A DNA stretch of 64,000 bases from Fibrobacterales bacterium (GTDB lineage Bacteria; Fibrobacterota; Fibrobacteria; Fibrobacterales; JAOPTW01), in contig JAOPTW010000027.1 of assembly GCA_051532035.1 (NCBI GenBank), forward strand, positions 125,906 through 189,905. Reading direction: 5' to 3'. Each line of letters opens with the position of its first letter. The stretch's first letter is position 1. Below, in pieces: positions 11,701-19,787 of this stretch. The notes below the pieces were generated by a model. That model was not told the DNA's origin. It saw nothing but the letters and a program-made list of their open reading frames with translations, and ran no database searches. The translations under genes and the position numbers were made by a program.

Positions 11701-12754
11701 TTCCGGCTTTAGAAACAAAGACCCCAATCAGATCATAAACAAACACCTCCTCCCTACACCACGGGTTGGTACCAACAAATTTACCCAGGATATCGATCGT
11801 TCACTGAAGCTGAACACTCAACTTACCATACCAACAAAAATGCCCCTTCAATTACAAGCACGAACCGAATGGAGTGAAAAGATTGGTTTTGAACGAGAGA
11901 ACCCGTGGCAGACCGATACTACTACAACATGGCCTTCCTACTATATCTATGGTACTTTGAAAAACATTGCCCAAAGCTTTGCTCCCCTTAAAAAACGATT
12001 CTCTTCTATAAACCTTTCATCGGGGTATAAGTATCGTCAAACTGAGTCTATTACCGCACATGCAACTTCTGAAGATGCCGTTGAATCCAAATACTCATTT
12101 GCACCGCTTATAAAAGCAACGCTCACCACCAAAAAGAAAACCACCTTTTCTAATGCCATCAATCTCAGTTGGGGCCAAAAAAATAGTTACAATAAAATAT
12201 CCGCCTATGAAATGAATACCGCAATAGAAGACACCAACACTTATTGGAATCAGCGCTATATCCCCTACGTATCCAATGAAAAATTTAGAACGACCAACTT
12301 TGCCTTTAGTAATGATTTTAGAGTGAAATATGAGATTCCAACCAACAAAGGCTTTTATCTCTTTAAATGGTTTTTTAGACTTAAAAATCCTGTCATTCTT
12401 AACGGAACAATTACCTACTCTTGGAAACGAGAGACCCGAACCACCTTTGACAACAATAGCTACTCGCCATCTGACTCTACCATAGGCACCCCTCAAATTC
12501 TTATTAATAACCTACAGGGAATTGACAACGCCTATTACTACCCGGCTCGTTATAGTGATGGTAGTGTCGAAAATCGCACTCGACACTGGGCCTTTCTTAT
12601 CCACCCAAGCATGAGTTATCAGTTTACCACCCGTGTCGCAAGTCTTGCCCATGTTAAGTACAGCTACGAAAACATCTCAACCAACGATACTGGTCAGCGA
12701 AAACAATTATTAGAGTTTTTGATACAAGTGACTATTAAATTCGGAAATAGATAG
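5798..12754 (+). CDS. sprA: SprA/Sov-family type IX secretion outer-membrane translocon
   Basis: 2318 aa; EDNIIQRIEAGNTSLSL, QGLFGIK, LQRGKDYDVLYELGQI, DFEGS, LLIDFGQISED, WINDLRL motifs. Start may instead be ATG 5840. Confidence 0.85.
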   Translation: MPVFNVLTVITRILMQLKQFSVIGFKSTLLWLIIGCFFIGTVMGSTSQIEYLKTPERVKPLQNILPKKGILTHPQWGYLKFPAKNLSIDHTVNFEKREMVITASFNNSRNKQKTPLWKSYYRELANYTFEMNDLILKKIWLESLIGQENPSSVGQGDNHFELEIPIKMPQWLKDVGIPKPTIDITGDLNIQLKGVGKKNTRDPLHNSLWPNFDPKFTPNFSVKGSIGKNLSIQINNQEGFQIADQLKIVYQESEPNEFEDNIIQRIEAGNTSLSLEGTRLTGYSENHQGLFGIKGEFKFGDLYLTAIASQEGGSSHKQSLNSEYTDSEFKIQESEFVDGKHFFLSMDDRTEYVTKRVLGQQLSLKTKRNLTIYVSVPRENKSDGRSYYKNLTGYFAHNLQDTKNKYIMKELKKDEFTYDSKTGILSLTRPYRSSRIGAWWEDLSVSDKKLTRPIGGNEGEGSTGVIIFKSTTLIPDLNLLMLRNRYAVGYTGESKNDFQLELIKSSDQSPTNLAALLKDTLGVTLPKENEKDFNGQTGELILPCKVAPPTAQSNSDSLAFYQKACLEPMRHIIPESSANQLYTNSSTLLKKFESYYSFKVKGKRKNTQINLNSGTHSLNSGGCMDIAEGSERLTIKGAGTVLQRGKDYDVLYELGQINLTSDRARDPNTEIEVEYECQPLFQIENKFLLGLRAKYPLESFGNGSLLGATVLYKGQSLKARRPQYDQTPYSSFLWGSNLLLKDSSHIMSKAINVLPFIKTKSPSRWTLEMEIAQSYHNPNTSGDALVEDFEGSSRTIPYSMYRSSWHRASPPLSNDPLNPLDYRYQAREFIWHSNHEKRRGDIFSSIKEKYDQNTRIPILELKIKPINREGKNWGAIMRANSDYASDLSDEYEYIEIVANGSSGQLLIDFGQISEDLSINGYEPNQELNSEQTEGNISPDHDDGLDGLPDELEKRKEWLCYSTCNNSNTITWDAKTNPDPALDNWSEQEYASDPTYQINGTQNNAARTVYDTEDISRDGLLQTTNAFVRYTIDFSDDMVNADNGVQVIEQQGSGQNFWKIYRINLKKYSDVYPMGANLTQILQNAKFTRLTLTGTSSETEVRLARFNIVGSQWETDFLTDIATGDTIKTLQENFTSNGSATTTSFASETEESGGRVFVDVIDNKDDNDIYFPSNNTVTEIEDDDTGAKRREQALIINYSAIEPGQQAFITRKFESQQFDLTNYKSLKMEIHHVDSTLGAFNDPGVRFAIQIGSDPTNKDSYYEWSFRPTPQSCSSDKACHSSNWDDNAFALALNQWPKLKNHPDWSPVIDTSIRYILQDGSYQAADLNYKRQLKILHDAIESSEETTERAEMITLRGNPSISNISWMRIVIMVDDEELSDDPRTVSGEFWINDLRLDGIRDGWGTSARSRIQLEFGDVLTLSTDVTYQNGNFAPLQSNSGSAKKSPAQSSSLMQYNASAQFHLNKFLKDEWKFRIPFMISTSMNVTRPFTQPNSDILLSNDDFLGLSKDFYDHITNQENIYTEDQQDTNYAGPNIGDEEDLRSESQSEGFQTVQLRKQLSVSFAKEYVRHKSLPVELLSQAFLERPTLSYKYVESENFSPTSIDTSYTYSTSAKYKFGQLKASKFRPFSRFKKSKNSWIKSFSKTSFSPWPETFDVTLADFSFNKRLTNNRSVDSPSFTHRETDYGLDLKHSINMRWKMFNFLTASYDLTINRDFNDFHADFAKEALFDSERGGGLFGIGRITSLDTNEHARRFLLKDSLGDYEDITYHDERLSRFNNFDTVLIDPALIDGSDYGILLNEFKRSQNMKLNYSPQFVDFVTTRFILQSQFNHNRNNSNFMDDTTDTYWSLNQTNSFQATATLKLQKLFDFSATKSVSKFLKKMKWSSLRSTWKVNLNTSGEEYTFADLERQGVSAGDYYKYSFGLADGGGWRHPGNIITGDMGKESCEEYSTFANYCNKELFYLQNPSDSSGFRNKDPNQIINKHLLPTPRVGTNKFTQDIDRSLKLNTQLTIPTKMPLQLQARTEWSEKIGFERENPWQTDTTTTWPSYYIYGTLKNIAQSFAPLKKRFSSINLSSGYKYRQTESITAHATSEDAVESKYSFAPLIKATLTTKKKTTFSNAINLSWGQKNSYNKISAYEMNTAIEDTNTYWNQRYIPYVSNEKFRTTNFAFSNDFRVKYEIPTNKGFYLFKWFFRLKNPVILNGTITYSWKRETRTTFDNNSYSPSDSTIGTPQILINNLQGIDNAYYYPARYSDGSVENRTRHWAFLIHPSMSYQFTTRVASLAHVKYSYENISTNDTGQRKQLLEFLIQVTIKFGNR

Positions 12755-12816
12755 CCAAACCTCTTACCCACAAAATTTTGAATATATGCAAAATTTAATG
12801 TACCTTTGACACTGTT

Positions 12817-14709
12817 ATGGACCAAAAGCACTCTCATATCTACGCCTATTTTGACTATGATGACACCCTCGCATCGGGTGACAGCATTCTCTATTGGCAC
12901 CGGTTTTATTTTAGAGAGCGAAAAAAACGGTTTTTACTCCGTATTTTTCATATTATCGGCTTTTTACTCTGGTCTATCCGTACTATTAAATCGGGCACCC
13001 TCAAAAGAATCATGCTTGCACCACTCTGTTATGAGACCCCCGAAGAGCGCGCACGACTCGGCGAGAAGTTTGCTCGAGAAGAACTCCCCAAATTCCTCTA
13101 CCCCAGTATGCTCGATCGGCTTTGGAGTCATAAGATGTTGGGTCATAAGATCGCAATTCTTTCTGCATCGCCCATGTTTTATCTACAGCACCTCGACAAA
13201 ATTTTGAGTGCTGACCTCATTGTAGGCACCCGCATGGAATTCCCCTCTAAAGGACTCATTCGTATCCCACACTACCGTACTGGTAACTTTAAGGGGCGAG
13301 AGAAGACCAAATTTTTAGAATCACATTCCGAGTTTCCAGAAGGAGGCAAAGGGTGTTTTTCGTATTCAGATCATCATTCTGATCGCTTTTTACTCCGCCA
13401 TGCTGAGTTTCCCTTTTGTGTCAATCCCAATGACAAACTTCGTCGTATTGCCCACGAAAACAACTGGCCCATTCTCACTCCGCATCGTCTTAAGTCGGGA
13501 AGAACAAGAACGGCAGCCTCTGCATCCCTACTCCTTCTCCAAAAAGGGTCTCTCGAAAATAAGATCACTATTGGAAGCTCCAAAACAGCTCGTGACTTTC
13601 ATTTACGCAATTGGACCAAATCATTCTTTGAGGTCCTTCAAGACTCGGATTTTGTTATGTGGAGTGCATTTATCCAATCGTCTCTTGCACTGAAAGGACT
13701 CCCAGAGCTCCTCATGAAAGAGCTTGTAGTTACTCACAACAGTAACAACAACACTATTTTATCTCTCTATAACACCAGTGGATCTCATTATGTGCGCAAT
13801 CCACTTATATCATTTACCGCACACGCACCCCACAATACCAATTATGTTACTCGAGTTTCAGGCCCACTTTCACAATGGCTTGATACCGAAAGTTATAAGC
13901 CTCAAAAATTTTGGATCAAAGTACGACACTCCCATATTGAATCTTTTTGGGAACTCGATAAAAAGACAATTCTCTCGAGTGCATCTAAAAACAGTAGTGA
14001 AACACTCAAACACACGGTTAACTTTTGGCTTGAGCAAGCCCAGCATGCCTTTGATAATGATTCGCGTACATACACTGACGGCGCCTGGATTGAACGTGTT
14101 CAATCTATTGAACAGAGTGGCGCACTCCTTCCCCATGTAAAATTGATTCAAAATAAAGATCAGCTTGAGTTACATCAATTTAGTCCAGAAGGAATCCGCT
14201 TCCACAAGCTCTGGCAATTTAATTCTGGTCTCTGCTCTGCTATTCCACTCAAAGTTTCAAACCTCTATTTTACCCTCCTTGCAGAAGATATTATTCTGGA
14301 TATAGACTGCGGTTTTAATTTGAAACTGATCAATCAACAAGGGGAACCGGCACTCAAAATTATCGATTATGCACAACTTTTTGATGCATCATTTAGAGCA
14401 GGCCCTGCTATACATCAGCTGATAAAGGCCCCAATAACCACCGATGTCAACGAACTTCCTCTTCCCGAAAGTTGGAAACCCCACTTTGAAGCACTCAATA
14501 TTGATTATAGCACAGCAATGGCAGATCTTTTTGGTGGGCTCACCGTAGACCTCGGTACTATTAACTTTGGCCAATGGCGATACCGCCGTACTCGTATTGG
14601 TAAAGAGCAATGGAACAAACTATACCAACTCCCCCCAGAGCTCTTTACCGTAATTAAAAGCCTGTGGAGTATCGAAACACTTTTTTCTCTTCTTAAACAA
14701 CGAGGGTGA
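12817..14709 (+). CDS. HAD-IB phosphatase fused to a C-terminal degenerate ABC1/UbiB-kinase-like region
   Basis: FDYDDT, LSAS, K and YSDHHSD HAD motifs in the first ~220 aa; the C-terminal assignment is tentative. Confidence 0.7.
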   Translation: MDQKHSHIYAYFDYDDTLASGDSILYWHRFYFRERKKRFLLRIFHIIGFLLWSIRTIKSGTLKRIMLAPLCYETPEERARLGEKFAREELPKFLYPSMLDRLWSHKMLGHKIAILSASPMFYLQHLDKILSADLIVGTRMEFPSKGLIRIPHYRTGNFKGREKTKFLESHSEFPEGGKGCFSYSDHHSDRFLLRHAEFPFCVNPNDKLRRIAHENNWPILTPHRLKSGRTRTAASASLLLLQKGSLENKITIGSSKTARDFHLRNWTKSFFEVLQDSDFVMWSAFIQSSLALKGLPELLMKELVVTHNSNNNTILSLYNTSGSHYVRNPLISFTAHAPHNTNYVTRVSGPLSQWLDTESYKPQKFWIKVRHSHIESFWELDKKTILSSASKNSSETLKHTVNFWLEQAQHAFDNDSRTYTDGAWIERVQSIEQSGALLPHVKLIQNKDQLELHQFSPEGIRFHKLWQFNSGLCSAIPLKVSNLYFTLLAEDIILDIDCGFNLKLINQQGEPALKIIDYAQLFDASFRAGPAIHQLIKAPITTDVNELPLPESWKPHFEALNIDYSTAMADLFGGLTVDLGTINFGQWRYRRTRIGKEQWNKLYQLPPELFTVIKSLWSIETLFSLLKQRG

Positions 14710-14710
14710 T

Positions 14711-15181
14711 ATGCAGATTAAACATCTCATATTAGAGCTTTTAAAAAAGCACAAATACAACTACTACATCTACGAACCGGTAATATTTGAGAAACGTATT
14801 AATGAAGAGAAGATCCGTGCTGACCACTTTCAATCTAACTTTGCTTATATTGAAATTTTTTATAGAGACTTGCTCCCTATCGATACGTCCGAAATGCGTG
14901 TTAAAGCAATATGGGATATTATTTTAGAAGTGTTTTCTTTATCACTTAGAGGTTCTGATATAAAAGGTCACTTAAAAAATGATGAGGGGCTTGGTGTCAT
15001 GATGGTTGACTGTGACTCCTATGCTCCTGAGCGCCTCAGAAAACGAATTGTTGAAAAACTATATGAAGCAGACGTTCTCAAATATATTATCAATAAAGAT
15101 AATTTTATTAATGCCTATTTTTACACTGCTCGCTCTGAAGATACCGATATTACCCAACAATCTCCGATGCAAAGGATCTAA
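14711..15181 (+). CDS. degenerate GGDEF-like domain protein
   Basis: F..R.NEE..RA pattern, LRGSD (RxxD), GLGVMMVD, A.ERL.KRI; no GGDEF motif. Confidence 0.5.
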   Translation: MQIKHLILELLKKHKYNYYIYEPVIFEKRINEEKIRADHFQSNFAYIEIFYRDLLPIDTSEMRVKAIWDIILEVFSLSLRGSDIKGHLKNDEGLGVMMVDCDSYAPERLRKRIVEKLYEADVLKYIINKDNFINAYFYTARSEDTDITQQSPMQRI

Positions 15182-16268
15182 TCTCATCCCATCGAGTCAT
15201 GGGGTCAAACTGGGTCGTACATCTATAATCTCCGAATATACACGGCCTATTAGCACCTAAACTTTTATAGTTCCAGCACGGTGCACAACTTAAAGACTCT
15301 TCTCTGATAATCAGGTGTTCGCCTTCGAGCCTCTGTTGATTTACATAAAAAGGACCCGTACGTTTTTCGTCTGTTGGACCAAAAAAAACAATACACCGTT
15401 TCTCTTCTGCGACACTCATATGCATCAACCCAGAGTCATTACCTATATAAAAAAGACTCTCTGCAATAATTCCACTGAGCTCCCCCAGTGATCTACAGTT
15501 AATCTCTACAAGTATTGTATCGGCCGTAATACCAACACACTCAGTATCACCAGAAATAATTCTTGTAATTTCATCTGCGACTGCAGAACGAATATGAGCT
15601 TCTGTAGGGTCTCCAGCCAGATAACATCGTATGGAAAATGCCTTGTACAGGGCAACAGCAGTTGCGGCATAGACCCGTGGATCAAACCTCTTTTTATCCA
15701 TCCCTCGTTCTGCACTTGAGCCTGGGTGACACACATAATATCTATCATGGGGGTTTTCTTTGAGTACAACCTTACCTGGATAGCGAAAACCACGGTACTC
15801 AGTCGAACCGAGAAGCTGTTCTATGAGATTCAAGTTTTGATCGGTATCATGAAACTCAAAGTTACTTGAACAGGTATAGGTCTGAAGCCTCTTTGGGAGA
15901 TTGCTATTGGGATAGCTAAAGCCAATGCGATGTGGTGCACCAATAATCCGCGTAAAGAGCGAATACTTCCAATGACCTGTAGGAAAAAGCGATATGGTCG
16001 CATCATACTTTTTTGCCCGTAGGGCTAGAAGAGAGCTCATACCTTTGAGGAGTGACTCTTTGTCTGGATAAAAAGGAATCACCTCACTAAACAATCCTGA
16101 ATCGTGTCCCATCTCGGCAATACCCGGCTTGAGTGCAAGAAGAGTCAAGCGATCACTTCCGAGCTTCTGTGCAAGATTTTCAATAGCAGGTTGTGCCATT
16201 AAGAAGTTGCCAATACCAATAGGGCAGACAATGAGAATTTTTTTGCAGTCGTGAAGATTTGGTTCCAT
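15150..16268 (-). CDS. glycosyltransferase family 9 (heptosyltransferase-like)
   Basis: GIGNFLM, HPGSS, IGNDSGLMHMSVA, FFGPT, CAPC...C...C motifs. Confidence 0.9.
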   Translation of the reverse strand: MEPNLHDCKKILIVCPIGIGNFLMAQPAIENLAQKLGSDRLTLLALKPGIAEMGHDSGLFSEVIPFYPDKESLLKGMSSLLALRAKKYDATISLFPTGHWKYSLFTRIIGAPHRIGFSYPNSNLPKRLQTYTCSSNFEFHDTDQNLNLIEQLLGSTEYRGFRYPGKVVLKENPHDRYYVCHPGSSAERGMDKKRFDPRVYAATAVALYKAFSIRCYLAGDPTEAHIRSAVADEITRIISGDTECVGITADTILVEINCRSLGELSGIIAESLFYIGNDSGLMHMSVAEEKRCIVFFGPTDEKRTGPFYVNQQRLEGEHLIIREESLSCAPCWNYKSLGANRPCIFGDYRCTTQFDPMTRWDEIRSFASEIVG

Positions 16269-16339
16269 GAAATAAAATATAGCAAAGGATTACTTTTTAG
16301 GTGAGATACCCACATGCCACGAACCCCTTACGGTATTCC

Positions 16340-16909
16340 TTATTCTATATCACGTGAAACCAAATACTCCTTATGTATATCCTGAACTAACAAGCAGAGC
16401 TTTTGAACACCCTTTGTCATACTTTTGGCCGAGATTGTTGAACCACTGAGAGCGTCAATATCTGTACCATACTTGAAGGATGACCCTGCGTCTTTACCAA
16501 CAAATGAGTCAAGCCAATCACGCTTTTTAACAGCACGTCCCTTAATCTCTCGATACTTTAAAATTCTATTATGTACCACTGATTGTTCTGAATCAAACAC
16601 GACCAAAAAAGTAATGGGCATCTGCTTGCCAAACACATTATCAACAAGTGCATGACCAACTAGCGAGTCCCCTTTATGGATTGACCAATAATAAATGAAA
16701 TTAAAATAGTAGTTTTGATTAACCTGCGTTACCGCTGCTTTTCGCATCTCTCTCGTAACAGGTACTTTTTCGTAGTGAAGTACAGTCTCAGCGCCATACA
16801 GAGAACGGAGCTCACGCTCTGCACTCTGCTTAAGGTCTTGAGCCCCTGCTACTGCAGAGGCTAATAGAACCATTATCGCTAAACTCATGTATAAGCGATA
16901 TCGATTCAT
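16340..16909 (-). CDS. exported FMN-binding domain protein
   Basis: Signal peptide; GKQMPITFLV, YRE..G..V, DIDALSGSTIS flavinylation-type motif. Confidence 0.85.
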   Translation of the reverse strand: MNRYRLYMSLAIMVLLASAVAGAQDLKQSAERELRSLYGAETVLHYEKVPVTREMRKAAVTQVNQNYYFNFIYYWSIHKGDSLVGHALVDNVFGKQMPITFLVVFDSEQSVVHNRILKYREIKGRAVKKRDWLDSFVGKDAGSSFKYGTDIDALSGSTISAKSMTKGVQKLCLLVQDIHKEYLVSRDIE

Positions 16910-17994
16910 TAGAACATGTACCCTACACCAAGGTCAATAAAGTGAGTGACATCATCATCTGCACCTTTCGTTTGGTAGGTGTAATCAGCTTTAAATACCA
17001 CTTCATCAATAGGTTTAAGAGCAAGACCTGCAGCAATTTTAGTCGTTGCATTTTTCTCTTCTACCGCACTGTCTGTATGTGAAGAAGCCACATTGAATGC
17101 CTCATACCGAGCCCATGGAAGAAGCTTTGCATCTTCGAACCCAATAAGCCCACCAACATTATAGCCAACTTCAGCATAAAAGCCCGATGACCCTTCAAGT
17201 CCTTGATCGGCAAGTGCTTCATACGTTGTAAGAGCCGCTTCAGTTACTGCATAAATGTTATTTGCATCGTATTTTGCATGAACCTCAAGAAGGTTGATCC
17301 CTTCGAAGTTCTGCTCGCCATTATTTGCCATAAGATGATTCCGTGAGAATGATACACCAGCACGTAGCCCCATAAGACCGACATAGTCGACACGTGCATT
17401 AAAGAGAACAGTCTCAAGGCTTGATTTATACCCTTTTTGACGACCACCCCGAACACCACCATCTCCTATTCCTGCAGTATTAAGCCCTTCCATTACCACT
17501 ACTTTATAGTCAATCTTTTCAGCGATAACACCTGTTGCACCAACACCATTGCCAAACCATGTTGTTGGAATAATTCGTTTACTATACTCTGGGCGCTCAA
17601 CCGAAACAAACAACGGTGGCTCATGATTTTCATTAATCAAACCAACCGATGGAAGTAGGACACCAAACTGATAGTTTGCTGCATCAGAGTGCTTAAAGTT
17701 TACAATTGCTTGTTCAAGCTCGAGCTCACCATTTCCACCAGATATAAAATTGTGTTCAAGCTCAACTTCTGACTTAAATGACCACTGCTCATTCCACTGA
17801 TATCCATAAAAAAGCACAAAGCGGTGAAAGTCTAGAGTAGGAGCCTTATCATCTTTTTTCTCTACGTTTTTATAATTCATATGGAGTTCACCATATCCAC
17901 CAATAGACGTTTTTGAACCACCACTCACTGCGAATTCATCTTGTCCAAATGCAACTGCTGCCATAAGGGCAACTATGTATACCATTTTTTTCAT
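16909..17994 (-). CDS. outer-membrane porin (OprO/P-like), probably metal-regulated
   Basis: Signal peptide; IGGYGELH, DFHRFVL, SEVELEH, HEPP.F, IIPTTW; C-terminal GVGYMF. Confidence 0.8.
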   Translation of the reverse strand: MKKMVYIVALMAAVAFGQDEFAVSGGSKTSIGGYGELHMNYKNVEKKDDKAPTLDFHRFVLFYGYQWNEQWSFKSEVELEHNFISGGNGELELEQAIVNFKHSDAANYQFGVLLPSVGLINENHEPPLFVSVERPEYSKRIIPTTWFGNGVGATGVIAEKIDYKVVVMEGLNTAGIGDGGVRGGRQKGYKSSLETVLFNARVDYVGLMGLRAGVSFSRNHLMANNGEQNFEGINLLEVHAKYDANNIYAVTEAALTTYEALADQGLEGSSGFYAEVGYNVGGLIGFEDAKLLPWARYEAFNVASSHTDSAVEEKNATTKIAAGLALKPIDEVVFKADYTYQTKGADDDVTHFIDLGVGYMF

Positions 17995-18016
17995 ATTTAT
18001 ATCCTGCTATATTAAA

Positions 18017-18033
18017 TTAAGATTCAGTCTCAA
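18017..18033. promoter_or_regulatory. Fur-box-like imperfect palindrome
   Basis: TTGAGACTGAATCTTAA on the minus strand, 14/17 match to TTGAGAATGATTCTCAA, just upstream of the porin start. Confidence 0.5.
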
Positions 18034-18150
18034 TCTAAATAATTAATCGAGACAATTCAAGTAAAATATCGCCATGCTATCAAATTGTAATATTTGAAAA
18101 GAGCTATTTCTGTAATTAAAAACAGTATAAGTCCTTATTTAAAGCAAAAT

Positions 18151-19059
18151 TTAGATGTTTTCGCCTACAATTATCAATATGATTCCCGCAAATAAGCCAA
18201 TAAGAGCCCCCATCTTTTTTCTTTTATTGAGCTCTTTAAAAAGAACAGCCCCCAATATAAGGGTGACAAAGACACGACTTCTTTTAACCGCAGAAAGCAA
18301 CACTATCAGAGCGTCTTCATAAGCAAGCGCTCGGAAATAGACAAAATCAGCAATAATAAGAAGTACTCCAATAAGGGGAATTGACCACCGCCACTGAAAG
18401 CGGGTGCTTTTTTTTCTGAAGGGAACCCACGCACAGAGCGTTACTAACCCCAGTAGTACAACGAGATAAAAAGAGAACCACGCCTGTACCGTTTGTGGAG
18501 GTATGCCACGAGTTTGAATAAGGTATTTATCATAGAGGCCACTACTCGAACCGGCAATGGTGCCCAAAACAACAAAGAGAATCCACCGGTTACGGCTAAA
18601 ATTAATGCCCTCCTTCTTACCCAATGCAGAAAATCCAAGAAAAGACCCAATGATCAGCGCTACCCCACACCATTGGAGTGGAGTCGGAGATTCACCATAT
18701 ATAAAGAGCGCTCCAAAGAGGGTGATGAACGGGCCTGCTGCTCGAATAGGAGTTACCAGTGAAATGGGCAGATGCTTCAATGCAAAAAAGTTGAGTGTCC
18801 ATGCAAGAGAGATAATTGCAGATTTAAGAGCAATAAGCCCATGGACCTGCCACTCAATAATTGGTACGTAGAGCCCATACTGTTGAAGAAGTTCAGGAAA
18901 AAAGTATGACCCCACAAATATTGGTGTCATAGTGATGAGACCAAAGCAGGTACTCAGAAAAAGAACAGGAATAACCGCATTATCACGTACCCCGTATTTT
19001 TTAGCTATGTCATAGAGACCCAAAAAAAGGGCGGAGAGTAATCCAAGGTAAATCCACAT
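18151..19059 (-). CDS. EamA/DMT family transporter
   Basis: About 10 hydrophobic segments in two repeats; ALKHLPISLVTPI. Confidence 0.85.
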   Translation of the reverse strand: MWIYLGLLSALFLGLYDIAKKYGVRDNAVIPVLFLSTCFGLITMTPIFVGSYFFPELLQQYGLYVPIIEWQVHGLIALKSAIISLAWTLNFFALKHLPISLVTPIRAAGPFITLFGALFIYGESPTPLQWCGVALIIGSFLGFSALGKKEGINFSRNRWILFVVLGTIAGSSSGLYDKYLIQTRGIPPQTVQAWFSFYLVVLLGLVTLCAWVPFRKKSTRFQWRWSIPLIGVLLIIADFVYFRALAYEDALIVLLSAVKRSRVFVTLILGAVLFKELNKRKKMGALIGLFAGIILIIVGENI

Positions 19060-19093
19060 AGAGATATTGATAGGCTTTTAGCAAAGAGAGCCC

Positions 19094-19699
19094 TTACTCA
19101 GCTAATTTTATATGATGTATAAAGGTATCAACTTTTGTGACGCCATCCAACTCACCAGCCTTAAGATATTCAACTAATTTGGTCCGCATATTCTCTTCAG
19201 CTTCTACAGTAGATGATCCTACAACTCTAATATTCAGGTCGGGGCAATATTGGTAACATTTATTTTTTGAGACCCACGAAAGAGTCAGTGCTTCAACATT
19301 TTCAAGCTCAACGTCCACAAAACGAGGTTTCCTAATTTGGTCAGATACCCTCTCTCTAAGCTCTACTGAACTGATAAGTTTTGATATTGACTCATTTGCC
19401 CCCGCTTTCATCGCTCTATAGGCCAAGTTATTATTCAAGTTAGAACTTTGAAAAAGTATTGGAGTTTCTCTATAGAGCTCTATTGCTCGTACATGTCTAA
19501 TAAAATCGATTCCGGTGCCATCAAAAAGGCTATAGTCAACAATAAAGCAACCCACTTGAGGCTTATGAGCAATAAGTTCTAATGCCTCATCAAGTGAAGC
19601 CGCAAAAGTAATTTCAACTTCATCACCCAAAATTTTCTTTAATATTTTTTGAGCTATTTTACTGTCTTCAAGATGAAATATTTTTACGCCATTAGCCAT
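19094..19699 (-). CDS. response regulator (REC) with HicB-like C-terminal domain
   Basis: LEDS, IVDY, FQSS, ISK receiver motifs; C-terminal YCPDLNIRVVGSSTVEAEENM. Confidence 0.75.
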   Translation of the reverse strand: MANGVKIFHLEDSKIAQKILKKILGDEVEITFAASLDEALELIAHKPQVGCFIVDYSLFDGTGIDFIRHVRAIELYRETPILFQSSNLNNNLAYRAMKAGANESISKLISSVELRERVSDQIRKPRFVDVELENVEALTLSWVSKNKCYQYCPDLNIRVVGSSTVEAEENMRTKLVEYLKAGELDGVTKVDTFIHHIKLAE

Positions 19700-19787
19700 G
19701 TCAGACCCCAAATGCAATACGTTGTTAGTATACCACATTTTACAAATTTGACGACACTTTTTTGTGAATCGGCTCCTTACTTTCGGA

